A stretch of DNA of 64,000 bases from the human T2T-CHM13v2.0 reference genome, Homo sapiens. This document shows positions 42,674 to 55,356 of this stretch, piece by piece (position 1 is the stretch's first letter; every line of letters starts with the position of its first letter). The notes below the pieces were generated by a model that was given only the letters and a program-made list of their open reading frames with translations, did no database searches and was not told the DNA's origin. The stretch is taken from assembly GCF_009914755.1 (NCBI RefSeq), contig NC_060927.1. The stretch is one strand, 5' to 3'. The position numbers were made by a program, and so were the translations under genes.

Positions 42674-42896
42674 TCAATCCTCCATCAATTGTGCATGTGC
42701 TCTGAATGAAAGGCAGCTTACATCTGTCTCTCCTCCTCCATTTCTAGTACTACTGCCCTATTATAATTCTCATGAAATCTTGCCTAGGTAATTCCCATAG
42801 CCATACCTCCCTGCTATCCTTGCTTTCATACTTCTCCAGACTCTCTTGTAAGGTATTTCTGGAATGAGTATCTTTCTTTAAAAAAGAAAAGAGCTC

Positions 42897-43212
<316 letters not shown>

Positions 43213-44044
43213 TTAGAAAACTGACACTGCTCAAAGTTCTTCAGTGGTCCACTGACTGCAGAAAAAACCTTGGTATGGTATTGAAGATGCTCATTCATTT
43301 GGTTCTGACACTTAGTGCGAGTCAACCGAGCCTCAGCATTGTTCCCTGAGTGCTTTTTCACCAGACATCTGTGTGGCTCCCTCCCTTTCATCATTCAGGT
43401 CTTTGCTTGTGTGTTAGCTATTTAAAGAAACCCTCTTAGACCACCCATGAAAAGCTGTATACCCCTTCCATGGCTCTCTGTTCTCTTATCCTGCTTTATT
43501 TTTTTCCCTTTTAGCACTTATCATTGCCTTGTATATTACATATTTGTTCATTTCTGTATTGTCTATCTCTCCCCATTAGGATATATGTTCCAGGGGAACA
43601 AAGACCTCAACATTTTTCTCAGTGCACTATCCCCAGTACCTAGAATAATAGACAACAAATTATTACTGAATAAATTAATGAATCTGTGAACTAGCCTATC
43701 TCCATTTGTTTTCTCATAATTATTACCTAGACAGGAATATTCTTTTCTTCCTGGAGTATCTGACAAAAATCACATTCATATTTCAAGCTCTAGCCCCTTA
43801 ATATGAGGCATAATTTCTTCTTTCCCTGTGTTCCCACCATACTCTGAGTCTCTCCTATGCAAGAGTGTTCATCTTATTTTACTCTATTGGATATGGAAGG
43901 GAAGATGACTTTTTCTCACTAGAAAGGCCCTATTCTGTGCCTTCACTCACTTTTCCCCTGTGGAGGTTAGCTCACTCACCTACTGGTCACTTAGGGAAGA
44001 ATAAACTGGGGAGGCTCAGTTCTGACCCTGCATTTTCCTCCTAG

Positions 44045-44610
44045 GAGAGAGCTGCCTGCAGAGAGCGTGAGTCCTGATCCCTTGTCCCAGGGCAAAAGAG
44101 TTTCAGAGGAAGCCCAACTCCACTGGGCGGGTGAGTCCACGTGATCCCGGGGTCTGACCTGCAAGTCCATTTGCTCTCTCACACTAAGCTACATACTCCA
44201 GCCTAACATTTATCAGCAATAAAGGCTGACTCTTTTTCTATTTCTCAAGTTTTTCAGGACCTGGAGAGGAGAAGGAGATGAAGAGTGTCATTTATTGTTT
44301 CCTCAGTTATCTCAAGAGGTCCACGTCTATCTCTCTCATGAAGCGTAAGCACTCCTCTGACTCAGAACACTCAGTTAACTGAGGTGCTTTTTAAACAGAG
44401 ATATGGATTTAGATCATGGAGCATATCCTCTCACCCGTGACCAGTAGCCAATATTGCAGAACAGCTGACAGAAATGTGGTAGGGATGCTGCGTGACTACC
44501 TGGGCATTACTCTACAGAGCTGGATCACAGAACCTAACTTCATTAGCATCATAGTCTAATGAGATAACTAGTGAGTGCAATAAATACTTGATGACTACGA
44601 ATAAAGTCAG
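44045..44610 (+). ncRNA. Candidate last two exons of an antisense lncRNA (44045-44130 and 44258 to about 44610), probably MORC1-AS1
   Basis: CTGAC branch point plus pyrimidine tract plus AG before both exons, GTGAGT donor at 44131, tandem AATAAA at 44579 and 44600; the identification with MORC1-AS1 is from memory. Confidence 0.5.
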
Positions 44611-45029
44611 CAAAGAAAACAGATTTGGTTTGGATTTTCTAGCCCTCATACCGCACATTCACGTACACACTTTGAAACTACTAAGTTGGGAATGATGTAT
44701 GCTTAATTATGAATAACCGTTAATTTAATATACTTTTTAAAAATAAAACTGTTTCTCATGGCAGGCAAATTGAGTGCTCCAAATCACTCTGATACATTCA
44801 CAAAACTCTGGAAGACCTAATTTTGTAAATGGGTCCTTTAGCACACAATTTGACTCTCAGAGTATACTCTCCTCACCCTGGCTCCCCACAGGGTCACTGT
44901 ACCCACAAAGCACTTAGATTACATTAAAATTCTATAGAATGTGGTTTTATTTCATGAAATAAAATACAAGCAAAATAACTACAGTCTTTCCATTAGAAGA
45001 AAATAAAAGAAGAAAGCAAATCTGCTCAC

Positions 45030-45064
45030 CTGAAAAGACATCAAGTCTTTCAGCCCCTGCATCT
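45030..45064 (-). CDS. MORC1: MORC1 exon 3 (DAGAERLDVFS)
   Basis: TTCCAG acceptor, G|GTGAGC donor, 35 nt, phase fits exons 2 and 4. Confidence 0.95.
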
Positions 45065-45521
45065 CTGGAAACAATACAAAAATATTATTTCTTCAATATG
45101 AAATGAATTGCTTACATAAGGTATAACCTATTGTCAGATATCAAACAATACAAAAATCCACTTAAATTGCTTCAAAATCAATTTCTAAAACGTTTCACCG
45201 TGCTATTATATCATAAGACCTATGATTAGTCATAATTTGAGAATATGAAAAAGACTGCAACTCAGAAATGTGAAAGAAGAGATGGAATTTAGTGGGAATT
45301 ACACAAAAAACTAACAAAATGGATATAATTTAAAAAAAAAAAAAAAAACAAAAAAAGCTGGCTGGCAAATAATCCAGAAGTCATGGAATGTTTTTCATAT
45401 TTTAGTTCAAAAAAAAAAGAAAAATCAAATTACTAGGTAATAGTGTACTATAAGAAGACATTTTAAAGAACATACATGGAAGGAAAGAAATCAACATGTT
45501 AATAGGAGTTTTCTCTTTGTT

Positions 45522-45737
45522 AGAGGTTGGAAAACTATAGCCACGGACCAAAATGGCCCATCAACTGTTTGTAAATAAAGTGTTATTGGAACACAATCAT
45601 GCCCATTCATTACATAGTATCTAAGGTTGCCTCAGCACTACAGTGGCAGAGTTGAGTAGTTTCAAAGGAGACCCCGTATCCCACAGAGGTGAAAATATTT
45701 GCCATCTGGTCTTTTACAGAAAAGGATGCTGACTCCT
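45522..45737 (+). mobile_element. MER58A
   Basis: TTTGTAAATAAAGTGTTATTGGAACAC...GGCAGAGTTGAGTAGTT. Confidence 0.75.
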
Positions 45738-48663
45738 CTTCTAGGTGATGAGAGTACTGATGAAGACTGTTTTAAAAAAAATTCTCCATTTTCTAAAATT
45801 CACAGATATTATTTTTGTATTTTTTTACAATTATTTTTAAAAGTAAAATTTTTAATAGAAAAGAAGAAAAGGCCAGAAGACTCTGGCTTCAATATCGAGG
45901 GTGTGAGAGAAAGGAGGAAGGCATAGGCAAGGAAGACTTAGCTGATGAGGAAGAAGGTAAGTTAAGGCAGGGAGGAGTCTAAAAGGAAGCTCAGTGCAAC
46001 AACAGCAACTATGTAACTCTGGTGGGGAAACCTGAGCGTCTCTCCAAAGTTCCATCAGTTCTAAACCCAAAACTCCCAGACAAATCTGAGTAGGTACACT
46101 GTACTTGCTCCACAGGCCTAGAAGTTAGTCCCATATAGCTCCTTCCTCTAGCCAATTGCTGCTTCTCAGCCCTCCCTATATAGACACTCTGGAGTTACCA
46201 CTGCCATTTCTTGAGCACCTCCCATGTATCAAGTAAGCACTGAATGGTGTATTTTTGAAAATTCTCTTCCGATCCTTACCATAGTTCCATAACACATAGG
46301 TATCAATATCTCCATTATATAATCATGCATTATACAAAGTACCATGTACACAATAAATGTTTAATAAATGCCACTGTACTGAAATGTAAGTTTTTAAAGA
46401 GGTAGTTTTTTCATGCAGCACTTCCACGGATTAAGGCATAAAATAATTCACCTTTATCATATATTAAGACATTTTATAATAATCTTTGTTCTTTAGCCCA
46501 GGATACTTCCTTTCTGAAGAGCTATTGTATTAGGAAGAGGACCCTAACAAATCCTTCCTATATCACCACACATTCTTCTTCTCTCTCTACAATATTCTTT
46601 TAATATCTTTCAGTTCTAATTTTTAAAACTACAGGAAATCATTAAAATATTGAATACAATGATATAAAAGAATTTCTTAGAATAACATGGGGACTTCATA
46701 AAGTTCTCCTTCGTAAGACCAACTCAGTATCTTAAGTCTGTTAAATAGCTTCTTTTGATGTCAACTACTAGCATCTAAGCAATGGTGGAAAACTCAAACG
46801 TCCATGAAGAAAGAGGGACTGAAGGGTTGAGGCTGTCCACGGGGGAAAACTGGAAATGAGGCAAAGCTGAAGGCATGGGCTGGTCCCAAGAGAGCACCTG
46901 CTACTCACCTCCAGCCCCTGATCCCGTGGAGGAATGTGGCCTTGAGGTTGCTACTTCTCCTAATCTTTCAAGGAAGGCAGAGGGCCCAAATTTTTTATTT
47001 GGTATCTCCAATATCTTAAACCTTATAAACAATTCCTTTTTTCTCCCTTCCTTTTCTTTATAAACACTGTGCAAACTTTCACTATAAGCCAAACACACAT
47101 AAGACAGGCTGGACCTGGTCAAGGGGCTGCCAGCTTACAAATGCTGCTCTAAGAATTAGTTTATCGATCACATTTCTCTCAGTCCCCTGAGTCTGAAGTC
47201 AATCTTTCTTTCCCAATCAACCTCTACTACATAAAATGTTTCTTTTATTCTACTTCTTCCACATTCTGATTTTACTTGTCCTCCTTTGTTGAATGAATGA
47301 AAGAAACAACTTCAAAGGAGAAAAGACAGTTGGAAAAATAGATAAATGTGTTCTTTCAGACTTGCAGATGTCAAGTTGCTGAAAGTGGGCCCATTCAGTA
47401 GGAGGCAGGACCGATGACATAGGAGGAGCCTTGCTTCCAAGCTTTGAGCAGCAGCAACAGTAGCAACCCTAAGCTCCTTTAGGGAAGCTAATCAAAAGTG
47501 TTTATCTTTCTTGGCTTCATCCTTATTAGCTCCTTCCAAGCTGAGTTCATGGCTCTGAACAAGACTTTATTCTTTTTCTCTACTTCCCTCCCTTTTTATG
47601 ATTCCATTAGCTCAACAGAGAGAGTTTCCTAAAAGGAGGAGATAACGACTTTCTACTTAGTGCAGGGCAGGAATTTCTGGATGGCTGGTTAATTGACTAC
47701 ACTTTGTGGTCACACTCTCAGAAGGGTCATCTCCCATCTAAGGCAAAAAATGGGGAACAAATGCAAAAAAAGCTAAAACACTGTTATCAACCAGTGGCAG
47801 GGAATTTAGGCTCCTACTGAGATCCTTGATCTAACAACTGCACATTACTTCCTGGATGGACTTTGCTTTCTAAGCAAAAGGTAGGAAAAAATCTTCTGTT
47901 ATGGGGAATACCAATATAAAACACGTCAAATGCTTTATTCAATTTAACTGAAAAAAAAAAAAATGAAGCCCCTCACAAGCTCCCACAAATACACTACTGA
48001 GCAGAACTTAAACTGTTTAACGGGTTCCTTAATCATTAATACATTTATTAGAGACAGTAAAATACGACAGTGAGGTTCTGCAGCCAGACTGCCCAAATTT
48101 GAATGCCAGCTCTGCCAAATATGAATTATGTGACTTTGAATAAATCATCTAATCTCTCTATGCATCAATTTCCACACATGTAGAACTAGGATATTAATTC
48201 CCATCTCAGAGTGTAGATATAAGGATGCATGACATAATGCTCATATATAAAGTGCTTATGTATGTCTGATATATAGTAAGAGATCAATAAGTTAGCTATT
48301 TTCTTAACTATACAATTTGCTTCTACGCAGACTTCAATAAATGCCCAAATACATGTGTAAATTCTCAAGACAAGTATACACTGACATATAATTCAAAAAA
48401 TATCTAAATGAATATGTACAATTAAATGGTTATTAACATAAAAACAGACTTCAAGTTTGATCATAAATTAAAATTAAATAAAGGTGAATAATTATTTCTC
48501 TCAACTATCCTTTTTCCTAGAACACCTTGATTTTATAGGAAATCAAGTCACAAAACATTCCAGATGGGAAAATATGACATGATCTTTTTATCTTCCCATG
48601 TAATTAGACAAGAGTTATGTCATGAAATTCCCTCAGTAACTGTTGTTTACAGATAAACCTTAC

Positions 48664-48717
48664 CTTGCATTGTCCAGCAATTCAGCCAGTGCTCCAAAAA
48701 GGAAACTGTGAGTGGTG
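48664..48717 (-). CDS. MORC1: MORC1 exon 2 (TTHSFLFGALAELLDNA-R), GHKL motif I / N-box
   Basis: Pyrimidine tract plus CAG acceptor, AG|GTAAGG donor, 54 nt, phase 2-2; ELLDNA is the ExxDN GHKL motif. Confidence 0.97.
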
Positions 48718-49605
48718 CTGATGAAGAAATAAAGAGAAAACAAAAAGTTAAACCAGGTGTGTAATCAATGTAAAAGCTTTAAGATTCTTGCAGACAAACG
48801 TTCTCCAGTTCCAGACATCTAGTGAATTAAGAAGTTACTCTAGAAACAACTCTCTCAGCACGGTCAAGATTCGGAACTAGATACCCTCCATTATGAAGCG
48901 AGGGTTAAAAACACTTTTGCCAAAATATCCTGTCCACTTCTAATAAAATAAAAATTTAAGGGCCTTAGTATCTATCATTGAAATAAACTTTGACCTTTTA
49001 ATATTACTTTATAAGCATGTTTTCAAGTGAGGTTTTTCCCAGAGGATTTTTCATTAAAATTGTATTATTTAAAGACAAGATATTTCTGAAGAATACTGAT
49101 CAAAATCCTTGCCTACTAAAAGGCCATAAGGCTCCATGTGCAGGCAAAGGAACTGGCAGGAAGCCCTTGCGTGCCTCACCAATCTGTATTTTTCTGCAGA
49201 ATCTTTCCACCGCTGAAAAGCCTGCTCCTTACATAACCTTAAAAATGGCCTCAGGTCACTTTCTCCTGTACCCTCGAATGCCAGGTCCTCGGTAACAGAA
49301 TGCTCCAGACAGCCTTCAGTATTTACAACAGTTTGGAGGGTGCACAGTTATCTGAGGGTGGAATCACACTAGCTTAAGGCTCCCATGCTTGCTTCTCATG
49401 TCCTGATGAGGCATATTTCAATCAGCAACCTTATCACAGCATTAAGGGAATATTCAGCATGCAATTTTCTTTCTATATTTAGTAAACAGGTAACAGAAGC
49501 AAGAGAGCCTCATTTATCAAAAATACATCTGCTCTTCTATACAAGAGAAAGCATCATCTGCAACCTCAGGCCACAGGACAACACTTTAGTTTAAAATGTA
49601 TTTTT

Positions 49606-49607
<2 letters not shown>

Positions 49608-49642
<35 letters not shown>

Positions 49643-49648
49643 AGAGAG
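49608..49648. repeat. (CA)n(GA)n microsatellite
   Basis: Seen directly. Confidence 0.95.
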
Positions 49649-49979
49649 AATATATCCCCACATTTTGGAGTTTCAAACACAGAGGATGATTAAAAGTCTC
49701 ATGAGTCAAGTAAGCTTTAAATTTTGTAATTAAGAAAAAAAACTACTAAAATGTTATTGTTACAAAAAGATGTCCTTCACCCAAAAGAAAGCCATTATAA
49801 AAATGTAAAATAGTGTAAAAGAGAAATACGATATGCTTTACAAAATCAGGACTTTAAATCACAAGCCCTTCTAGGAAATTTAAAGTACATGATTCAATAT
49901 ACAAAAATTCAATACATAAACAATCCTTTAGAAAAGCAACTGCAGTAATTCTGACCAAAAATGTCATATGAATTTCTGC

Positions 49980-50730
49980 ACTAGCTCATTCAAGAGATTG
50001 TCACTGACTGCCTACCATGTGCCAATGTGTACAGGCAGGGTCTTGGATGTCCTGGAGCTCAAGCTGGTGGGGTACACGGAAAACACACAAGTAAACAAAC
50101 TTATGAGGATGATATTACAGATTTTGACTGAGTGCTAACTTCATAGTAGTGATGGGAAAGAGTAACTGGTGAGGAGGGGCATGGTGGTAGGGAAAGCACC
50201 TCTTGGTAAAAGGTATTTAAACTGAGTCCTGAAGGATGAGAGAATTCACTCCCTTGCAGAGTACGGTAGAAACTTTTTACCAAGAGCAAGAGATACAAAG
50301 ACCCTCGAAGCAGAAAAAGAGCTAAGGAGACCAGTGAGCTCCGCTTATGGTAAAATGGGGAGAACAGGTTGAAATGAGGGCATGGCTGGGTCATGCAGGG
50401 CTTCCTAGCCCACAGAGAAGAGCTTGTACTTGGCTGACATACAACTGGAAACCACTGTAGTGTTTTAAGAAAAGGGGCGTAAGTTGGTTTACATTTTAAA
50501 AAGCTCACTCTGGCAGCTTTCCAGGAAAATGGACCATCTAGCAGCCAGAATGGGAAGCAAAGAACCCAGTTAAGAGGCTGTCTGGAGTAGTCTGGACAAG
50601 GGACAGTGGTGGCTTGGACTAAAGTCAGTGGCAGTGGAGACAGAGAGAAATGGATGATTTGAAACATATTTAGAGAAAGCATGCACTCTGGATTGGACAT
50701 AGAGGTAAAGGGAGAAATTTAAAAATCACT
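49980..50730 (-). mobile_element. L2 fragment (source of the spurious 199-aa ORF)
   Basis: L2 antisense motifs (AAAAGCTCACTCTGGCAGC; GGTGGCTTGGACTA; GGCAGTGGAGACAGAGAGAAATGG). Confidence 0.7.
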
Positions 50731-50769
50731 CCTTTTGCAGTAGGAAGTCTCAAACAAAAATCTACCTGG

Positions 50770-51075
50770 GCAGAGCTCAGTGGCTCATGACTGTAATCCC
50801 AGCACTCCGGGAGGCCGAAGTGGGAGGATCACCTGAGCTCAGGAGTTCAAGGCCAGCCTGAGCAACATAGCCAGACCCCATCTCTACTAAAAATTTTTTT
50901 AAAAAAAGAATTAGCCGGGCATAGGGGTGCATGCGTGTAGTCCCAGCTACTCGGAAGGCTGAGGCTGGAGGATCACTTGAGCCCTGGAGTTCAAGGCTAC
51001 AGAGAACTATGATCATATCACTGCATCCCAGCCTGGGCCACAGAGCAAGACCCTGTCTCCAAATCCAACCAACCA
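50770..51075 (+). mobile_element. AluJ
   Basis: J-type GGAGGATCACTTGAGCCC; TSD AATCTA(C/G)CTGG. Confidence 0.88.
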
Positions 51076-52199
51076 ATCTAGCTGGAGGAGCTGAGAAGTC
51101 TTCCATTTGTATCTAATTTTGTTGTTACTCCATGTCACTGTCACTTGTTAAGTTACTACACCACCAGTTGAAAATGGTACTGGGGAAGTGGCTACCACAG
51201 GGTGGTTTGGGGGAATGGAGGTTGTGAAGCAGTAGCCACAAAATCCATATAAAACTGAGGCTGAGGAATTTTTCTGAGATAAAATTCACAGTCCTTCCAG
51301 CACTGCCCTGAGCATTTTTCTTAAACTCACTCGAAACTATTATTTCTTCATTTGTCTTCCACCTCAGCTACCTTTTAACTTTTTGTTCCACCTTTTCCAG
51401 CTTGACATCATTCTCTAAAGAGAGATGAAAACTGAGTATCTGCTGAATATTGCCTGTTTAACTCTGCTATGTTAAAATTATACAGTCTGTCCCACAGAGC
51501 AAGGGTGGCCTTCCCTGGCTTTCTTTATACCTCCATTTCTGTGGTTTCAAATTTGGTACATCCCTGATATCTGTTCCTATATTTAGTAAATCCAAATTAC
51601 CAAAAGATGTCAAAAAAAAAAAAAAAAAAAAAAGAAACATAAAGAAAAACCCGGACGTTCCACTGTGAATTAAATAGCACTAACTGCTATAATTTGCTGT
51701 ATGGGAAATGGCAGATGAGAGAAAAAACCTCTGTCATTCCCCTCTGCAATCTGACTATCTGAAATGACACCTGAGAAGCTCTAAAAGGCAGACAGGCATG
51801 GCAGAGAAGAAGAAATGACCAAATAACTAAAAGGTGAGATTCCTATCCTTAGAGAGGTTACATTTTTGAAAAGACTCAGGAGGCCATAGAGTTTGAAATC
51901 AATATATGCAAATTACTCTGTTTGAAGGGCAACTTTAATGTTTAAATTGTCAGTGTGTTAGGCAGACTAAGGTTAGGCAGGATTGGTAGAATCACAGTTC
52001 TGCTGACCAACAATTAAACAGTTGTGTTAAATGATAAATGTAGGGCCTTCCAACCACTTGGTGTTCACTGAAGAGCACCTAAAGGGTTCAGCCTGGCCCA
52101 GAATATATCTTTATTATGCTTTCATCGTTTTAAAAAAAGCCTATACAGCTCAAATAAATAAATAAATCCATAAATCAAGTTCACTTGCTGAGTATTCCT

Positions 52200-52570
52200 C
52201 AGGGGACGGGCAAAACCTTTCTTCATGGCGGGCGCAGAGACCCTCCCCGACCCCGACCCCACCTCGGCACTCACGAGTTGGCGTGGATGAAATCCAGACG
52301 CAGCTGGGCCCGCTGAAGCGCAGGGTACCTGTCGTCCATGCCCTCGAACACGACCCGCGCAACTCAAGGGGACAAGGACACCTGACCGGCAGCCGTTCGC
52401 CTGCGCCCGCGCCCACTCCCACGCCCACGCTCACGCGCAGAGGGCGGGTTCAGCAAACACGTGCTCCCCCTTGCGGCGGGACCGCGAAGCTCCCACTGCG
52501 TCGTCGACTCAGTTGTCTCGCGAGGTTTGTTGCTTGGTCTTGGAGCCACAATTTGAGAATGACGTATCTG
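52200..52570. promoter_or_regulatory. CpG-island promoter of MORC1 (E-box CACGTG 52458-52463, E2F6-type GGCGGGA 52475-52481, GC/KLF boxes)
   Basis: The only CpG-dense non-repeat stretch in the window; spans exon 1. Confidence 0.9.
52275..52339 (-). CDS. MORC1: MORC1 coding exon 1 (MDDRYPALQRAQLRLDFIHAN-S)
   Basis: ATG at 52339-52337 in context GAGGGCATGG; 65 nt ending TC|GTGAGT; translation matches the MORC1 N-terminus as recalled; inside the CpG island. Confidence 0.97.
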
Positions 52571-54699
52571 AGTTAGAGTCTCCTGGAATTGAGGTTTATG
52601 TAACTTTTTCAGACGGTTGTTCCCCACCCTGCTCCTCTCAATCACTCCCCAGCTGGAAAATGGAGCCCAAAACTGGTATTAAAATTTGATTCGAAATGAT
52701 TACACATTCACACAAGATGGTGGGGGAACGTGGGCGGCAAGGCAGGACAGTGCGGGGAAGGTGAGTGGGTAGTTCTCTTTGCTTGTCCATTGTGTTACAT
52801 AGAACCAGAGGTAAGAGTGCTCTGTCCTGTAATCCTAGCACTTACCTTCCTGTGTCTCTTGAGTTGATCATGTTTTTTCTATTTGGAGGAAAAAATGAAA
52901 AACAAAAGTGACAAGCCGGAGAGAAAACAAAAGGAATAACTAAAGACAATCAGAACAGAATTTGGACTTTAATATAGCGGCTTGTCCCTAGGTGAGAATA
53001 GCTGCCCCCACCTGAATGGATCACTAACCTTTTTTACCTGTCAGCTGACATGCGACTATTGCACTTGCTGGCCTGGCTCAATGCCTAGATATTCGGTATT
53101 GCTCCAAAAGATAGAACTAGGCAGGTAGAAGGTAGGGGTGCGGGGTTGGGGCGGGTAGATAAATATGAGGAAGGACTGCGCAGATGTGTAGAACAGCTGT
53201 ATAAATAAATGGTGTTTCTCTACTCACAAAGCCCTGAGTTCTTAAGTCACCAAAACCCAAGCTGATTCAATGTCTTTTGACTTGGAAACCAAGGTAGTTC
53301 AATAATACTCAGCAAAGATTTTACATGATAGTCATAAAGTCAGAAACAAACATCTATTAAATAAAGAACTTGAACTAGATGTGTTTGTAATTTCCAGGCA
53401 TCATACAGGCAGTGAAGCTCTCAGAAAAGAAAAAAAAAATAGTTTTGGAGTAGTCATTCTACTTCCAAAGAGAGGAGTTTATCAACTACTACATTTATGG
53501 GAATCAGGAGAGGAAGAGAGAATTTGAATGGCAACCCGAAGGAACATGATGTTCTAATTTCAAAACTGGAAGTAAACATAAACATTTCAAGTAATTTTCC
53601 TGATTGCATTTTTGTTTTAACAGTGGCTGATGTGGTGATGTTTTGACAGCAAAATTCTCTTTACTAAGCAACTTGAGCGATCTTTCCAATTTTTCCTTCT
53701 ATAGAACTTCACAAATACGATATTTTATTTTCATTTTATGAGCAAGAAAAGCTTGACAAGTCTCTTCTGGATTTATTTTACTACCCAATTTCCAGCTGCT
53801 ATCTCAAAGCAATTTACTATCGGAAGAGCACCGGAGCCACCAGCCTATAATTAGTAAAGGCTGTAATATCTAATTTTTATCAGAGGGAAGGGTGTGATTA
53901 TTGCAGAAGCACTCCTTCTTATAATCTGAGCAGAGACTTCCTACAGTAAGTGGCCAGCCCCAAAGCACCAGACAGTACTGGTTAGCCTGGATGACAGGGA
54001 CAGAGAGAATCCATTAGATTGTGCTTAAAAAGAGGCCTGAAAGTCACTGCACAGAATCCACCAAAAGCCATTCCCCGCCTCCCCATTTCAACACTGTTTA
54101 GCCACTCTGCCATCATAAAGGCAAACCTTGTTTCTCCACAAGGAGTACTTTTGTGATTGCTTATTTCAGCCATATCCCTCAACCCTGCCTCAAGATTCAT
54201 TTTAACATTATTTCATGGTAAAAAAAAAAATACTGGGGGAGTGGCAGGGAGGGGAAATTTAAAATAAGAATGCCATTTGATCATCTAATGATTGGTACTG
54301 ATATTAAGGAAAGCCTGTTTGGGATAAAAGACTCATCAGCTCTTCCTAACTTAACATTTCAGATTTGTAAAATTCATATTGTAGTCACAAATAATGGCTC
54401 AAATCTTTCAGACTACACTTTCCCTCTCATTTAAACAGCTATTATATGAACCAGTGTTTCATTGCTCTTCACAAACATATTGAACTCAAGACAAATTTCA
54501 TAAGCATAAAAAACTGATGTTTTGAACCTACCGACCATCCACAATTGTTTGCCATTTCTTAAGAACTAGAATTTAGAAGTGACATTGGCATACTATAATA
54601 AACACAGAAAGCAAATGCTATTAAATTGATGATATTAAAAGAGGCCAAGGACCCTCAATTGGCAATAGGAAAATACATCTGAAAACTTCTCACACTCTT

Positions 54700-55113
54700 T
54701 GCTTTGGCTTCCATATTTGTCTCCTCCAAAACTCATGTCAAAATTTAATCTTCAATGTGGTAGTTTTGAGAGGTGGGACCTTTAAGAGGTGATCGGGTCA
54801 TGAGAGCTCTGCCCTCATGAATGGATTAATTCATTCATAGATTAATGAGTTATCATGTGAGTGGGACTGGTGGCTTTATGAGAAGATGAAGAGGGACCTG
54901 AACTAGCACATTCAGCCCCCTCTCATTATGTGATGTCCTGGGCCACCTGGGGACGCTGCAGAGAGTTTCCACCAGTAAGAAGGCCCCTACAAGATATGTC
55001 CCCTTGACTTTGAACTTGTGAGCCTCTATAACTATAAGAAATAAATTGCTTTTCTTTATAAATTACTCAGTTTTAGGTATTCTGTTATTAGCAACATAAA
55101 GTGAACTAAGACA
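54700..55113 (+). mobile_element. MSTC/D-like solo LTR (MaLR)
   Basis: TG...ACTAAGACA ends; 5-bp TSD CTCTT; AATAAA. Confidence 0.85.
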
Positions 55114-55356
55114 CTCTTCTTATTTTATTGCATTCATGTGAGACAATCTGATTAGTGTGTTTTTATCTCTCTCAATCTACTCCATGTTAGACAATGGTAG
55201 AGTTTTCATTGCATTAATCTAAGTTATTTATATTACTGGAAATCTTTATGCCCAGGTATGCAGCACAGTGGTAAGCACGTCTGAAAATTGTAGAAAAATA
55301 CGAGGTCATGAATTTGCCCAAATAGTAGTGATGGTATTAGAAGATTTAGTAAATAG

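Noticed and set aside
50101-50700. 199-aa minus-strand ORF
   Set aside because: Lies entirely in a decayed L2; no recognisable domain
52325-52332. Possible donor CAG|GTACCC just after the ATG
   Set aside because: The frame continues to the stronger GTGAGT donor at 52274, which gives the expected N-terminus
52122-52689. Several ORFs over the CpG island
   Set aside because: Stop-poor GC-rich sequence; the real coding part is only 52339-52275
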